Assembly (NCBI GenBank): GCA_037441845.1
Contig: JBBIRK010000006.1
Coordinates: 64,001-128,000 of the forward strand
Source of the DNA: Candidatus Zixiibacteriota bacterium
Lineage (GTDB): Bacteria > Zixibacteria > MSB-5A5 > UBA10806 > 4484-95
Reading direction: 5' to 3'
Length of the DNA stretch: 64,000 nucleotides
Below are positions 27,301 through 37,065 of this stretch, piece by piece. A program made the position numbers and the translations under genes. The notes beneath the pieces were generated by a model that saw only the letters and a program-made list of their open reading frames with translations, did not search any database and was not told where the DNA came from. Position 1 is the stretch's first letter, and each line of letters opens with the position of its first letter.

Positions 27301-29388
27301 ATGAAAGAGCATACGATCGATAAAATTCGGAATGTAGGATTTGCCGGCCACGGCGGAACCGGCAAGACATCGCTTGTCGAAGCTATCCTGTTTGCCGGCA
27401 AGGTCACCACCAGGCTCGGCAGCACCGACGCCGGCAACACGGTAACCGATTACGCCGAAGACGAAATCAGCCGCAAAATCTCTATCGGTCTTGCTCTGGG
27501 TAACCTCGAATGGAAAGGCTGCAAATTCAATTTGATCGATATGCCCGGTTACACCGATTTTTTCGGTGAAGTAGTAGGCGGCTTGAGAGTTTCCGATATC
27601 GCCATGATCACGGTCAATGCCGTCTCGGGTATCGAGGTCGGAACCGATATGGTTTGGCGTCAGGCCGTAAAATACGATATAGCCAGGGCGTTTTTTATAA
27701 ACCGGATGGACAAGGAACACGCGGATTTCGGCAAATGCGTCGCCGCCATTCAAGAAACTTATTCAAATCATGCCGTGCCCATAACGGTTCCTATGGGCGA
27801 GGGATTGAGTTTCGCCGGAATAATAGACCTTCTCAGCATGAAAGCGGTCATCGCCGAAAAGGACGGTTCGGCGAAAATCAAAGATATCCCGGCGGAGTAC
27901 AAAGATTATGCGGCAAAATGGCACGAAAAAATGGTGGAAGCGGCCGCCGAAAACGACGAAGCCTTGATGGAAAAATTTTTCGATCAGGGGAGCCTCTCCG
28001 AAGATGAAGTGAAGATTGGTCTTGCCAAAGGTATAGCCGACCGGAACTTATTCCCGATCTTTTGTGGCTCGGCCGTGACCACCGCCGGTGTGGCCACCAT
28101 GATGGATATTTTGGCAGCGATCGGACCAGCGCCGAATTATAAGCCGGAAATCAAAACAGTCGTCGATGGCAAGGAAATCGCGCGCAAAATCGCGGTCGAC
28201 CAGCCGACGGCCGCGCTCGTATTCAAGACGATTTCCGAACCGCACGTCGGAGAGTTGTCTTTTTTCAAGGTGTTTTCAGGTTCCGTAAAAGTCGGCGACG
28301 ATTTGTTGAATATGACCAACAGCACGAACGAGCGAATCGGGCAGATATTCACTCTGAACGGCAAAGAACGTAAAGAAATCGACGGCATAGCCGCAGGGGA
28401 TATCGGAGCCCTCGTAAAGTTGAAGGCGACGCGCAGCGGGGACACACTGGCCGACAAAAATTCGCCCATAAAACTCCCGCCGATAGAATTTCCCAAGCCG
28501 GTGATAAATATGGCGATCAAGGCCAGGGCCAAAGGCGATGAGGAAAAAATCGCCAGCGGCCTTTCGAAATTGCGCGATGAAGATCCCACCATCCAAATGG
28601 TGGTCGACGCCGATCTCAAGCAGACTCTTATATACGGCCAGGGCGAACTTCACCTCGAGGTCGTTATCGATAGGCTTAAACGAAAATTCGGAGTGGAGGT
28701 CGATCTATCGAAACCGCGCGTGCCTTATCGGTCCACTATCCGCAAAAAAGTGGAAGTGCAGGGCAAATATAAACGGCAAACCGGCGGCCGCGGCCAATAC
28801 GGCGATTGTTGGTTGAGGCTCGAACCGTTGCCGAGAGGACAGGACTTCGAATTCGTCGATGCTATCGTAGGCGGGGCGATTCCCGGCAAATACCTGCCTT
28901 CCGTCGAAAAAGGAATTCTCGAGGCCAGGGAAGAGGCCGGATTGGCGGGCACCAAAGTCGTCGATTTCAAGGTCACCTGCTTCGATGGCTCCTACCATAC
29001 CGTCGATTCTTCCGATATGGCATTCAAAATCGCCGCCTCAATGGGATTCAAAGATGGATTCGCCAAGGCCGATCCCTACCTCCTCGAGCCGATATATAAT
29101 ATAGAGGTTCTGGTGCCCGAGGAATACATGGGAGATGTCATGGGCGATATTTCCTCCCGTCGCGGCAAAATCCTCGGAATGGGCGCAGACGGCAAAATGC
29201 AGAGAATAAAGGCCCAAGTGCCACTCGGCGAGCTTTATAAATATTCGACCTCATTAAGGTCGCTAACGCAAGGACGCGGAACCCACACCCGTGAATTTTC
29301 CCATTACGAAGAAGTCCCGCGGGAAATCGCGGCGCGAACGATCGAAGAGCTCGAAAAAGAGAGAGCAGAGGAAGAAAAAACCCGCTGA
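27301..29388 (+). CDS. fusA: elongation factor G paralog (EF-G2 type)
   Basis: GHGGTGKT, RKISI, DMPGY, NRMD, GQGELHL, KRQTGGRGQYG, DGSYHTVDSS. Stand-alone, outside the rpsL-rpsG-fusA-tuf operon. Confidence 0.93.
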   Translation: MKEHTIDKIRNVGFAGHGGTGKTSLVEAILFAGKVTTRLGSTDAGNTVTDYAEDEISRKISIGLALGNLEWKGCKFNLIDMPGYTDFFGEVVGGLRVSDIAMITVNAVSGIEVGTDMVWRQAVKYDIARAFFINRMDKEHADFGKCVAAIQETYSNHAVPITVPMGEGLSFAGIIDLLSMKAVIAEKDGSAKIKDIPAEYKDYAAKWHEKMVEAAAENDEALMEKFFDQGSLSEDEVKIGLAKGIADRNLFPIFCGSAVTTAGVATMMDILAAIGPAPNYKPEIKTVVDGKEIARKIAVDQPTAALVFKTISEPHVGELSFFKVFSGSVKVGDDLLNMTNSTNERIGQIFTLNGKERKEIDGIAAGDIGALVKLKATRSGDTLADKNSPIKLPPIEFPKPVINMAIKARAKGDEEKIASGLSKLRDEDPTIQMVVDADLKQTLIYGQGELHLEVVIDRLKRKFGVEVDLSKPRVPYRSTIRKKVEVQGKYKRQTGGRGQYGDCWLRLEPLPRGQDFEFVDAIVGGAIPGKYLPSVEKGILEAREEAGLAGTKVVDFKVTCFDGSYHTVDSSDMAFKIAASMGFKDGFAKADPYLLEPIYNIEVLVPEEYMGDVMGDISSRRGKILGMGADGKMQRIKAQVPLGELYKYSTSLRSLTQGRGTHTREFSHYEEVPREIAARTIEELEKERAEEEKTR

Positions 29389-29424
29389 TTCGCCGGAACT
29401 TATACTTATATTTTGCCTGCTCTT

Positions 29425-29454
29425 GGGCTGCCTTACCGGCAGCCCTTATCATTT
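29425..29454 (+). terminator. intrinsic terminator after the EF-G paralog
   Basis: GGGCTGCC-TTACC-GGCAGCCC followed by TTATCATTT. Confidence 0.6.
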
Positions 29455-29480
29455 ATATATGCCGAAAAAAATCGATCGAT

Positions 29481-29496
29481 TTTGACTCAGGTCAAA
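29481..29496. promoter_or_regulatory. Crp/Fnr-family-like operator
   Basis: TTTGAC-TCAG-GTCAAA (perfect 6-bp arms, Fnr-box geometry) 60 nt upstream of the Fe-S gene. Confidence 0.6.
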
Positions 29497-29556
29497 GCCT
29501 TTTTTCGAAACGGCGCCGAAATTACTCTTGAAGATACCATTAAGATCGGAGTGAAA

Positions 29557-30318
29557 ATGGCAATCAGGAAAATAATCGAAATCGACGAGGAAAAATGCGA
29601 TGGTTGCGGTCTGTGTATCCCGGGATGCCCCGAAGGCGCACTCAAGATAATCGACGGCAAGGCCAAATTGGTGAATGAATCATATTGCGATGGTATGGGT
29701 GCTTGCATCGGAGAATGTCCGAGAAATGCCATAAAAATGATTGAAAGAGAAGCGCCGGAATTCGATGAAGAGGGCGCTAAACACAATATCGCCTTGATAT
29801 CGGCTCGGTCGGCCCAGATTAAAACTTGGCCGGCTTGCCCCGGGTCGGCAGTGCGGAATTTCGATGATTCGACTGCGGCGCCGCCATTACCGGAACGGCT
29901 GTCTGTACCGCGGCTGACCAATTGGCCGGTGCAATTAATGCTGGTGCCGCCTGCCGCTGATTACCTGCGCAATGCCGATTTGCTGATCTGCGCCGATTGT
30001 GTCCCCTTTGCCATAGCCGATTTTCACGACCGCTACCTTTTGGGCAGAAAAGTGTTGGTAGGGTGCCCCAAACTCGATGACTTGAATTATTATTTTGAAA
30101 AATTAAAGACGATATTTCAAACGGCCGAGCCGAACAGCCTGCTCGTCCTGAAAATGGAGGTGCCATGTTGCAACGGTATCGCCTCGGCCGCCATGGCCGC
30201 CCGCGATGCCGTAATGCCGCATTTGAAAATGGATGTTCAGACGATCGGGATTCAAGGCTCGATCATCACCGGTGATATTAAAAAGGGAAAATTGCCGTTC
30301 GGGAATCGCAATGCCTGA
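29557..30318 (+). CDS. 4Fe-4S dicluster protein with Cys-rich C-terminal domain (family often found beside hcp)
   Basis: CDGCGLCIPGCP and CDGMGACIGECP; C-terminal NWPVQL, ADC, GCPKLD, MEVPCC. Confidence 0.85.
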   Translation: MAIRKIIEIDEEKCDGCGLCIPGCPEGALKIIDGKAKLVNESYCDGMGACIGECPRNAIKMIEREAPEFDEEGAKHNIALISARSAQIKTWPACPGSAVRNFDDSTAAPPLPERLSVPRLTNWPVQLMLVPPAADYLRNADLLICADCVPFAIADFHDRYLLGRKVLVGCPKLDDLNYYFEKLKTIFQTAEPNSLLVLKMEVPCCNGIASAAMAARDAVMPHLKMDVQTIGIQGSIITGDIKKGKLPFGNRNA

Positions 30319-31384
30319 CATCAAGTTCGATATCGGCATAGCCAAAAGACTGAGCCGAAAGTTATTGCAAAGGCCTTTGACCGGTGTTTCCGGTGCAGGA
30401 AATCGATTCAGATTCGCAGTGCAGCTCGGTTTCCTTCTGCTTTGTCTTTGGATAGGCCTGGAATTTCATCTATTTGTCAAATATCTCGAAAGCGGCGGGA
30501 CCATCGGCTCATCTTTTCGCCCACCAGGCGTCGAGGGTTTTCTGCCGATCAGCTCTTTAATGGCCGCCTATCTATTCGTCCTCACTGGTGAAATCCATCC
30601 CGCCCACCCGGCAGGGCTTTTCATTTTGTTGGCGATTGTTCTGGTTTCCATGATCTTTTCCAAATCGTTTTGCTCATGGATATGCCCGGTCGGACTGCTT
30701 TCCGAATCGCTTCATAATCTCGGGCAGAAATTGATCGGCCGGAGATTACGGTTGCCGCGGATTATCGATAGCATCTTAAGATCGCTGAAATATCTCTTGC
30801 TGGCGTTTTTCGTCTATTCGATCTTTTTTCTAATGGACAACGTTTCCCTTAAAGCGTTTCTGGATAGCCCATACAATCTCGTCGCCGATATAAAGATGTA
30901 TTATTTCTTCGCCCATATCTCCAGGCTTACGCTTTACGTATTGTTCGGATTGATTTTACTGTCGATATTCATACCGAATTTCTGGTGCCGTTATCTTTGT
31001 CCTTATGGCGCACTTCTCGGAACGCTCTCGCTACTTGCGCCGGCGAAAATTCGGCGTGATCAATCTTTATGTATCGACTGCGGCTTGTGCGCACAGGCAT
31101 GCCCCTCAATGATTAAAGTCGATAAACGCAGGACGGTGATATCGGATGAATGTACCAGCTGTCTTAGCTGCACCGATGCCTGTCCGGTCGAGGGCGCGCT
31201 CTTATACGGCACCGCCGGAAAAAAGAGCTATTTAAGCGCGCCGCTTTTAGCTGTTGCCATTGTCGGCATATTCGTGGCCGTAACCGGATTGGCGATGATT
31301 TTGGGACATTGGCATAATCGGATCACGATTGAAGAGTATTTTCGGCATATGCAGAATATAGAGTCATACGACCACCCGCGTTGA
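30311..31384 (+). CDS. membrane 4Fe-4S binding protein (YccM/NapH-like)
   Basis: RPPGVEGFLPI, FCSWICP, WCRYLCP, CIDCGLCAQACP, CTSCLSCTDACP and several TM helices. Confidence 0.88.
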   Translation: MPDIKFDIGIAKRLSRKLLQRPLTGVSGAGNRFRFAVQLGFLLLCLWIGLEFHLFVKYLESGGTIGSSFRPPGVEGFLPISSLMAAYLFVLTGEIHPAHPAGLFILLAIVLVSMIFSKSFCSWICPVGLLSESLHNLGQKLIGRRLRLPRIIDSILRSLKYLLLAFFVYSIFFLMDNVSLKAFLDSPYNLVADIKMYYFFAHISRLTLYVLFGLILLSIFIPNFWCRYLCPYGALLGTLSLLAPAKIRRDQSLCIDCGLCAQACPSMIKVDKRRTVISDECTSCLSCTDACPVEGALLYGTAGKKSYLSAPLLAVAIVGIFVAVTGLAMILGHWHNRITIEEYFRHMQNIESYDHPR

Positions 31385-31489
31385 TGATCACGCTGTTTCG
31401 TTGTATTATAGATAGTCAACGAATGTAATCGGCTTGCGAATCAGTCCCCATAATTTTTAAAAAATGCTTGACAGGGGCGCGCAATATTA

Positions 31490-31526
31490 TTAACTATCCG
31501 TATAGTTAAACTAACGATTTAGTTAA
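31490..31526. promoter_or_regulatory. two overlapping TetR-type operators
   Basis: TTAACTAT-CCGT-ATAGTTAA (31490-31509, perfect arms) and TAAACTAA-CGAT-TTAGTTAA (31507-31526), downstream of TTGACA at 31468-31473. Confidence 0.8.
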
Positions 31527-31538
31527 TTCGGACCGCTG

Positions 31539-32132
31539 ATGGAAACCCGGGACTCGATAATCGCCTCCGCCAAAAACGAATTCGCCCGATTCGGGTTCGA
31601 AGGCGCCCGGGTCGATAGAATCGCTCGCCTTGCCAAAGTCAATAAAGCGATGATCTATTATCATTTCGGTTCGAAAAAACGGCTTTATCGAGCGGTCATT
31701 GAAAATCAATTATCCACCAAAGCCGATTTTATAGAAGCCATCTTGCGGCAGGACTTGACCATAGACGAATTCGTTCTGCAACTTGCGTCATTTTACGCCC
31801 GGGTTTTTTCCGATAATGAATTCCTTCCCATATTTCTGCGTGAATTGGCCTCAGGCGGAATTCAAGTCAAAGAGATTATTCTGAAAACGATCAGCCAGAA
31901 AAATCTAACCGCCAAATTAAGAAATTATTTCGAGGCCGAAATGGCTTCCGGCCGAATTCGCCGGGTCAACATTGAACATGCAATTATTTCGTTTATCGGC
32001 ATGAATGTCTTTTATATCGCCGTCGCCTCAATCGCAAATCAAATCTGGGAGATAGAAAATGTCGAGGGTTTCCTTTCCGACCGGCCGCGCCAGGTGGCCG
32101 ATATCTTTCTTAATGGAATTAAGGCCAAATGA
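31539..32132 (+). CDS. TetR/AcrR family transcriptional regulator
   Basis: FARFGFEGARVDRIARLAKVNKAMIYYHFGSK HTH. Confidence 0.95.
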   Translation: METRDSIIASAKNEFARFGFEGARVDRIARLAKVNKAMIYYHFGSKKRLYRAVIENQLSTKADFIEAILRQDLTIDEFVLQLASFYARVFSDNEFLPIFLRELASGGIQVKEIILKTISQKNLTAKLRNYFEAEMASGRIRRVNIEHAIISFIGMNVFYIAVASIANQIWEIENVEGFLSDRPRQVADIFLNGIKAK

Positions 32133-33441
32133 CCGGCTGATACTTATAAGCTTGGTCATGGTTTTTGCGATTGCCTTTTCTACGGCGGTATCGGCTTTAG
32201 AGCTGACGATCAAGGAGGCGATTTCAAGGGGAGTCGATCGTTCTTATTCGATTAAATCGTCCATACAGGATTCACTGGCCGCACGTTTCGAGTATTTATC
32301 AGCTCGAACAGCGTTCTGGCCGGTTTTAAGTTTGAACGCGACCGGTTTTTACAGCAACCCTATCCAAACCATACATACGCCCTGGACGGAGATCGGACTC
32401 GGGCAAAAGGAAAATTACCTGGCGGATTTGAAAATTTCTCTACCTCTTTATGCCGGCGGTCGTTTGAGCAATCGACTGAAAATGCAGCGCGCCTTGCTCG
32501 ATATGAGTGGTCTCGATCTGGAAGCCAAAAGACTGGACATTGCGCGCGCAATCCGAACCTTGTCGTTACAGTTTTTGATCGCCGAAGCTTCGCTGGCCTC
32601 CGCTGAAGCTTCGCTTGCCCGGCTGAATTTGCTGGCCGAAGATGTGCGCAATCGTTTCGACAACGGTTTGGCCGATTCAATTGATCTGCTCGAAAGCGCC
32701 TTGTCCCTCAGTTCGGCCCGTCGATCGGTTTTGGACAAGAGTACGGCATTAACCGCGGCTCGTATCGCTTTGGCCACTCATCTCGATCTGCCGGAAACCG
32801 AGAAAATCGTCTTTGTGGATTCTATACCGCCACCGAAAAATCCTGCGGAAAACCCGGAATCGTATCCGATGCAGGTGGATAACCGCCCCGAACTGAAAGC
32901 CGCTCTGAGCAAGATAACCGTATCCGAATTGACGGAAAAATTGACCAGAGGAAATCTGCTTCCAGGCCTCACCGCGTTTGTCGGTTACAGCTACGGAAAA
33001 CCCAATCGCGATCTCACCGGCGACAGCTGGAACGAATCATACATGAGCGGCTTAACCCTGCATTGGGAATTCAATCTCGGCGCTGGAGACATCAAAAATT
33101 TTCAGGCCGCCAAATCCAGGACTGAATCATCATCGCTGGCCAAAGAAGATATAGCCGAATCATTCTCGACCGCCGCTCGAATAGCCTGCCTCGAGCTTCA
33201 AAACTCTTACGATCAATTCCTGCTTTCTAAAACCGAATTTTCAATTGCGGAAAATAAATATCGCTTGGCTCTCGAAAAACAGAAAGCCGGATCACTTGCG
33301 CTCAATCGGGTCTTGGAAAGCGAAAAAGAACTGGCCGCCAGCGAACAACAATACCGTCAGGCGATACTGTACTATTATCTAAAAGAAACCGAATACTTCT
33401 ATTCTGTCGGCTCCAGCAAAATCTACGGAGGGTTGAATTGA
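32113..33441 (+). CDS. TolC-family outer membrane efflux protein
   Basis: Signal peptide after ATG 32113; LTIKEAI, PLYAGG, RPELK; two OEP-like repeats. Confidence 0.88.
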   Translation: MELRPNDRLILISLVMVFAIAFSTAVSALELTIKEAISRGVDRSYSIKSSIQDSLAARFEYLSARTAFWPVLSLNATGFYSNPIQTIHTPWTEIGLGQKENYLADLKISLPLYAGGRLSNRLKMQRALLDMSGLDLEAKRLDIARAIRTLSLQFLIAEASLASAEASLARLNLLAEDVRNRFDNGLADSIDLLESALSLSSARRSVLDKSTALTAARIALATHLDLPETEKIVFVDSIPPPKNPAENPESYPMQVDNRPELKAALSKITVSELTEKLTRGNLLPGLTAFVGYSYGKPNRDLTGDSWNESYMSGLTLHWEFNLGAGDIKNFQAAKSRTESSSLAKEDIAESFSTAARIACLELQNSYDQFLLSKTEFSIAENKYRLALEKQKAGSLALNRVLESEKELAASEQQYRQAILYYYLKETEYFYSVGSSKIYGGLN

Positions 33442-34322
33442 CTCGGACTATTCCTTTGGCAGGGTGCGCTGCGGCGTTGATATTGTCGGCTTGTTCGAAC
33501 AATCATTCCGGGCCGTTGGGATCCGGTTTGGTGGAGGGAACTCAACTTGTCATATCGGCGGAAGCGACCGGACGACTTCTTGCCCTCTACGTTGACGAGG
33601 GCAGTAATATCAGCGAAGGGGACACAATCGCCCTGATCGACACGGTCGATGTGGCTTTAAGGCTGATGCAGGCGAGGGCTGCCAAAAACGCGTCAGCGGC
33701 AAAATTAAGAATGGCCGAGCTGGCGGTGGATCAGGCCGCTATCGCCCACGATTTGGCGGCCAAAGAGCTGCGGCGGATCGAACAATTGATGACTTCGGGC
33801 ACCGCCAATCAGCAACAGCTGGATATGGCCGAACATGCGTTTGAACAAGCCGGGCTTGCCCGTAACCAGGCGGAGGCCTCGCTGGCCGCCTCCAAAGCCG
33901 AACTCGAAAGCGCCACAGCGGCGGAAAATCTGCTGTTTCGTCAATTCGAAAATTGTTTCCCGACCGCCCCGACCTCGGGATTGATTTCAAAAAAGTATGT
34001 CGAATCCGGCGAGCTGATCGGTCCTGGCAGGCCCCTTGTCGAATTGATCAAGCTCGACACCGTTTGGGTGAAGATTTATTTGAATTCCGCCGATATCGCC
34101 ACAATAAAGCACGGGCAAAAAGCATTCATCGATATCGAGGACGGATCGACTCCACCGCTTGAAGGGTTCGTCACCTGGATTTCCGATCAGTCCGAGTTCA
34201 CTCCAAAAAATGTGCAAACCAAAGAGGCGCGCGCCGACCTCGTATTCGCCGTCAAAATCACGATAGCCAATGCCGATGGCAAATTGAAGATCGGGATGCC
34301 GGTCTCGGTCAAAATTCCGTGA
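33438..34322 (+). CDS. HlyD-family periplasmic adaptor lipoprotein
   Basis: Lipobox LSAC; ISAEATGR, EFTPKNVQTKEARADLVFAVK, LKIGMPV. Confidence 0.92.
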   Translation: MTRTIPLAGCAAALILSACSNNHSGPLGSGLVEGTQLVISAEATGRLLALYVDEGSNISEGDTIALIDTVDVALRLMQARAAKNASAAKLRMAELAVDQAAIAHDLAAKELRRIEQLMTSGTANQQQLDMAEHAFEQAGLARNQAEASLAASKAELESATAAENLLFRQFENCFPTAPTSGLISKKYVESGELIGPGRPLVELIKLDTVWVKIYLNSADIATIKHGQKAFIDIEDGSTPPLEGFVTWISDQSEFTPKNVQTKEARADLVFAVKITIANADGKLKIGMPVSVKIP

Positions 34323-35254
34323 GCTCGATCGAGGTAATTTCTCTTTGCAAAAAATACGGCTCGAAAACAGCCGTCACCAATTTCGGTTTCACCGCCGATC
34401 CCGGCGAAATTACGGCCGTTATCGGTCCGGACGGCGCCGGCAAAACCACGCTGATGCGTGCCTGTTGCGGCTTGATCGAGATCGACGACGGGACTATTCG
34501 AATCCTCGGGCGCGATATCAAGCACGACCTGAATCTGATCAAGCCCGATCTCGGGTATATGCCGCAATCCTTTTCGTTATATCAGGATTTGACGGTTGAA
34601 GAGAATCTGTTTTTCTATGCCGGTCTATACGGCCTCGATAAATCGGATTTCGAGCTCAAGAAAGAAGTGATATACGATTTTTCGGGTCTCGGAAGGTTCC
34701 GCACCAGGCGCGCCGGAGCCCTATCCGGTGGCATGAAACAAAAACTCGCCCTCGGCTGCGCCGTCGTTCACCAACCCAAAATACTGATACTCGATGAACC
34801 GACCACCGGAGTCGATCCTTTATCTCGGCGTCAGTTTTGGGATATATTGAAAAATTTGAAATCCGCAGGCGCCGCCATTTTAGTCTCCACTCCTTATATG
34901 GATGAAGTGTCGCTTTCCGACAAGGCGGTCTTCATGCATGAAGGGGTCAAGCTCGCCGAAGGAACTCCATCCGAGCTTATCGATCGATTCGGCGGCCTCA
35001 TTCTCGAAATACGGATTCCGCCTACGCCGGAAATTATGAATCGCTTGAATTCCATCGAGGGATTGCTTGCGCATCGGTTCGGATCCTCGATACACGTTAC
35101 AATCAAAGATAACGATTCACCCGATCGATATATCGAGGCTTTGACTTCCTGCGGCATCGAACGATCGAACATAGGGATCATAAAACCGAGTCTCGAAGAC
35201 TTGTTTATCGAACTGGTGCATGAGGTAGGCGATGGAAACGGTGGCAGCCGATAA
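34319..35254 (+). CDS. ABC transporter ATP-binding protein
   Basis: GPDGAGKTT, LSGGMKQK, ILDEPTTGVDP. Confidence 0.95.
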   Translation: MSSIEVISLCKKYGSKTAVTNFGFTADPGEITAVIGPDGAGKTTLMRACCGLIEIDDGTIRILGRDIKHDLNLIKPDLGYMPQSFSLYQDLTVEENLFFYAGLYGLDKSDFELKKEVIYDFSGLGRFRTRRAGALSGGMKQKLALGCAVVHQPKILILDEPTTGVDPLSRRQFWDILKNLKSAGAAILVSTPYMDEVSLSDKAVFMHEGVKLAEGTPSELIDRFGGLILEIRIPPTPEIMNRLNSIEGLLAHRFGSSIHVTIKDNDSPDRYIEALTSCGIERSNIGIIKPSLEDLFIELVHEVGDGNGGSR

Positions 35255-35987
35255 TCTGACGAAAAAATTCGGACGCTTCACCGCAGTCGATGGGATTTCG
35301 CTGAACATTTCCGCCGGCGAAATTTTCGGATTTCTCGGGGCTAACGGCGCCGGCAAGACGACCGCGATAAGAATGCTTTGCGGCCTGCTGAAACCCACCT
35401 CCGGTTCCGGACACGTCCTCGGGTTGGACATTTATCGGGATAGCGAGTTGATAAAGAAAAAGATCGGCTATATGTCTCAGAAGTTCTCTCTATACAAAGA
35501 CTTGACCGGCCGCGAAAATCTTTGGTTTTACGGTTCGATTTATGGACTGAAAAATACCGAAATTCGTTCCCGGACCGCCGAGCTGTCGGATTTGCTTGAC
35601 CTGACCGAATTCATCGACATTCAGACCGGGCGGCTGCCGATCGGCTGGAGGCAGAGGCTGGCCTTGAGCGCCGCTCTGCTTCATCGACCCGCCATATTGT
35701 TTCTCGATGAGCCGACTGCAGGCGTCGATCCTCTTTTCCGACGCCGCTTCTGGGAATTGCTTTACCGGCTGGCCGATCACGGAACCACTCTTTTCGTGAC
35801 CACGCATTATATGGACGAAGCGGAATATTGCCGGAGGATTTCGATAATGCACCGCGGCAAAATAGTGGCGATAGGATCGCCCATGCAGCTTGTGGCTGAT
35901 TACGGCCGGGCGAATCTCGAAGAGACTTTTATCGGCCTTATAAGCGAGGAGTACCGATCTGAAACGGATAAGACTGATCGCGCTTAA
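35232..35987 (+). CDS. ABC transporter ATP-binding protein
   Basis: GANGAGKTT, LPIGWRQR (degenerate signature), FLDEPTAGVDP, TTHYMDEAE. Confidence 0.95.
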   Translation: METVAADNLTKKFGRFTAVDGISLNISAGEIFGFLGANGAGKTTAIRMLCGLLKPTSGSGHVLGLDIYRDSELIKKKIGYMSQKFSLYKDLTGRENLWFYGSIYGLKNTEIRSRTAELSDLLDLTEFIDIQTGRLPIGWRQRLALSAALLHRPAILFLDEPTAGVDPLFRRRFWELLYRLADHGTTLFVTTHYMDEAEYCRRISIMHRGKIVAIGSPMQLVADYGRANLEETFIGLISEEYRSETDKTDRA

Positions 35988-37062
35988 GGAAATACGGCAC
36001 ATTTTTCGGGATCCCGTATCCTTGATTATCGCGGTTTTGATGCCGATCATGATGACCCTCATCTACGGCTACGCCATAAACCTCGATATGAAAAATATCG
36101 AGCTGGGCATCATCGATCTCGATAACACCTCGCATTCGCGCGATTTCGGCGAAAGCTTCTATGTTTCCGGATATTTCCTGAAACCTTCCCGGACGGTATC
36201 TCCGGCGAAAGCCGATGAATTTTTACGGGAGGGCGAGGTTGACGCCGTCCTGACGATCAAGCCGGGATTCGCCAAGGCGCTCACAAATGCCGAAAAGTAC
36301 GAACTCGGTTTGCTTATCGATGGTTCGGATGGCAATCAGGCCGTAGCCGCCTCTAATTACGCCGAAATGATACTGGTCCAATACGCCCTGCGAAACGACC
36401 CGGCAGCAGCGCAACGCGGCGTGAATATGTCGGTGCAAGTCGCCTATAATCAGGATTTGAAATCATCGCATCATTTCGTTCCCGGCTTGGTGGCGGTCAT
36501 TCTGATGATGATCTCGGCGCTTCTGACTTCGGTGACTATCGCCAGGGAAAAGGAAACCGGCACGCTCGAGCAACTCCTAACCTCGCCGGTTGCGCCACGG
36601 GAAATAATTGTCGGAAAGATATTGCCGTATATCGGTCTGGCTTTTTTCGATGGTTTGCTGGTGCTGTTGTTCGCTCTGATTGTGTTCGCCATTCCCTTCA
36701 ACGGTTCAGGTCTGCTGCTTTTGTTTTTCGGATTTATCTACGTGGTTACCGCGCTTTCGATCGGAGTGTTGATCTCGACTTTGGTTTCGACCATGCAGCT
36801 GGCTATGATGGCCTCGCTTTTGGTCACGCTTCTGCCCTCGGTGATTTTATCCGGATACATATTCGATGTCCGAAACATGCCTTATGTTCTGCAACTATTA
36901 TCGCGCCTTGTTCCGGCGAGGTATTTTATCGTCATAATAAGGGGGATCATGCTCAAAGGGTCGGACTTAACGGTGCTTTGGGTCGAGGCCGCCGCTTTGA
37001 TAGCGATCTGCCTTACTCTGCTTATCTTGGCGATAAAGCGATTCAGATTGAAATTGATGTAG
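35959..37062 (+). CDS. ABC-2 type permease (YbhS-like), probable CTG start
   Basis: In-frame LKRIRLIALKEIRHIFRDP upstream of TTG 36022; IAREKETGTLEQLL motif; GAGGAG SD before CTG 35959. Confidence 0.92.
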   Translation: MKRIRLIALKEIRHIFRDPVSLIIAVLMPIMMTLIYGYAINLDMKNIELGIIDLDNTSHSRDFGESFYVSGYFLKPSRTVSPAKADEFLREGEVDAVLTIKPGFAKALTNAEKYELGLLIDGSDGNQAVAASNYAEMILVQYALRNDPAAAQRGVNMSVQVAYNQDLKSSHHFVPGLVAVILMMISALLTSVTIAREKETGTLEQLLTSPVAPREIIVGKILPYIGLAFFDGLLVLLFALIVFAIPFNGSGLLLLFFGFIYVVTALSIGVLISTLVSTMQLAMMASLLVTLLPSVILSGYIFDVRNMPYVLQLLSRLVPARYFIVIIRGIMLKGSDLTVLWVEAAALIAICLTLLILAIKRFRLKLM

Positions 37063-37065
37063 GCC

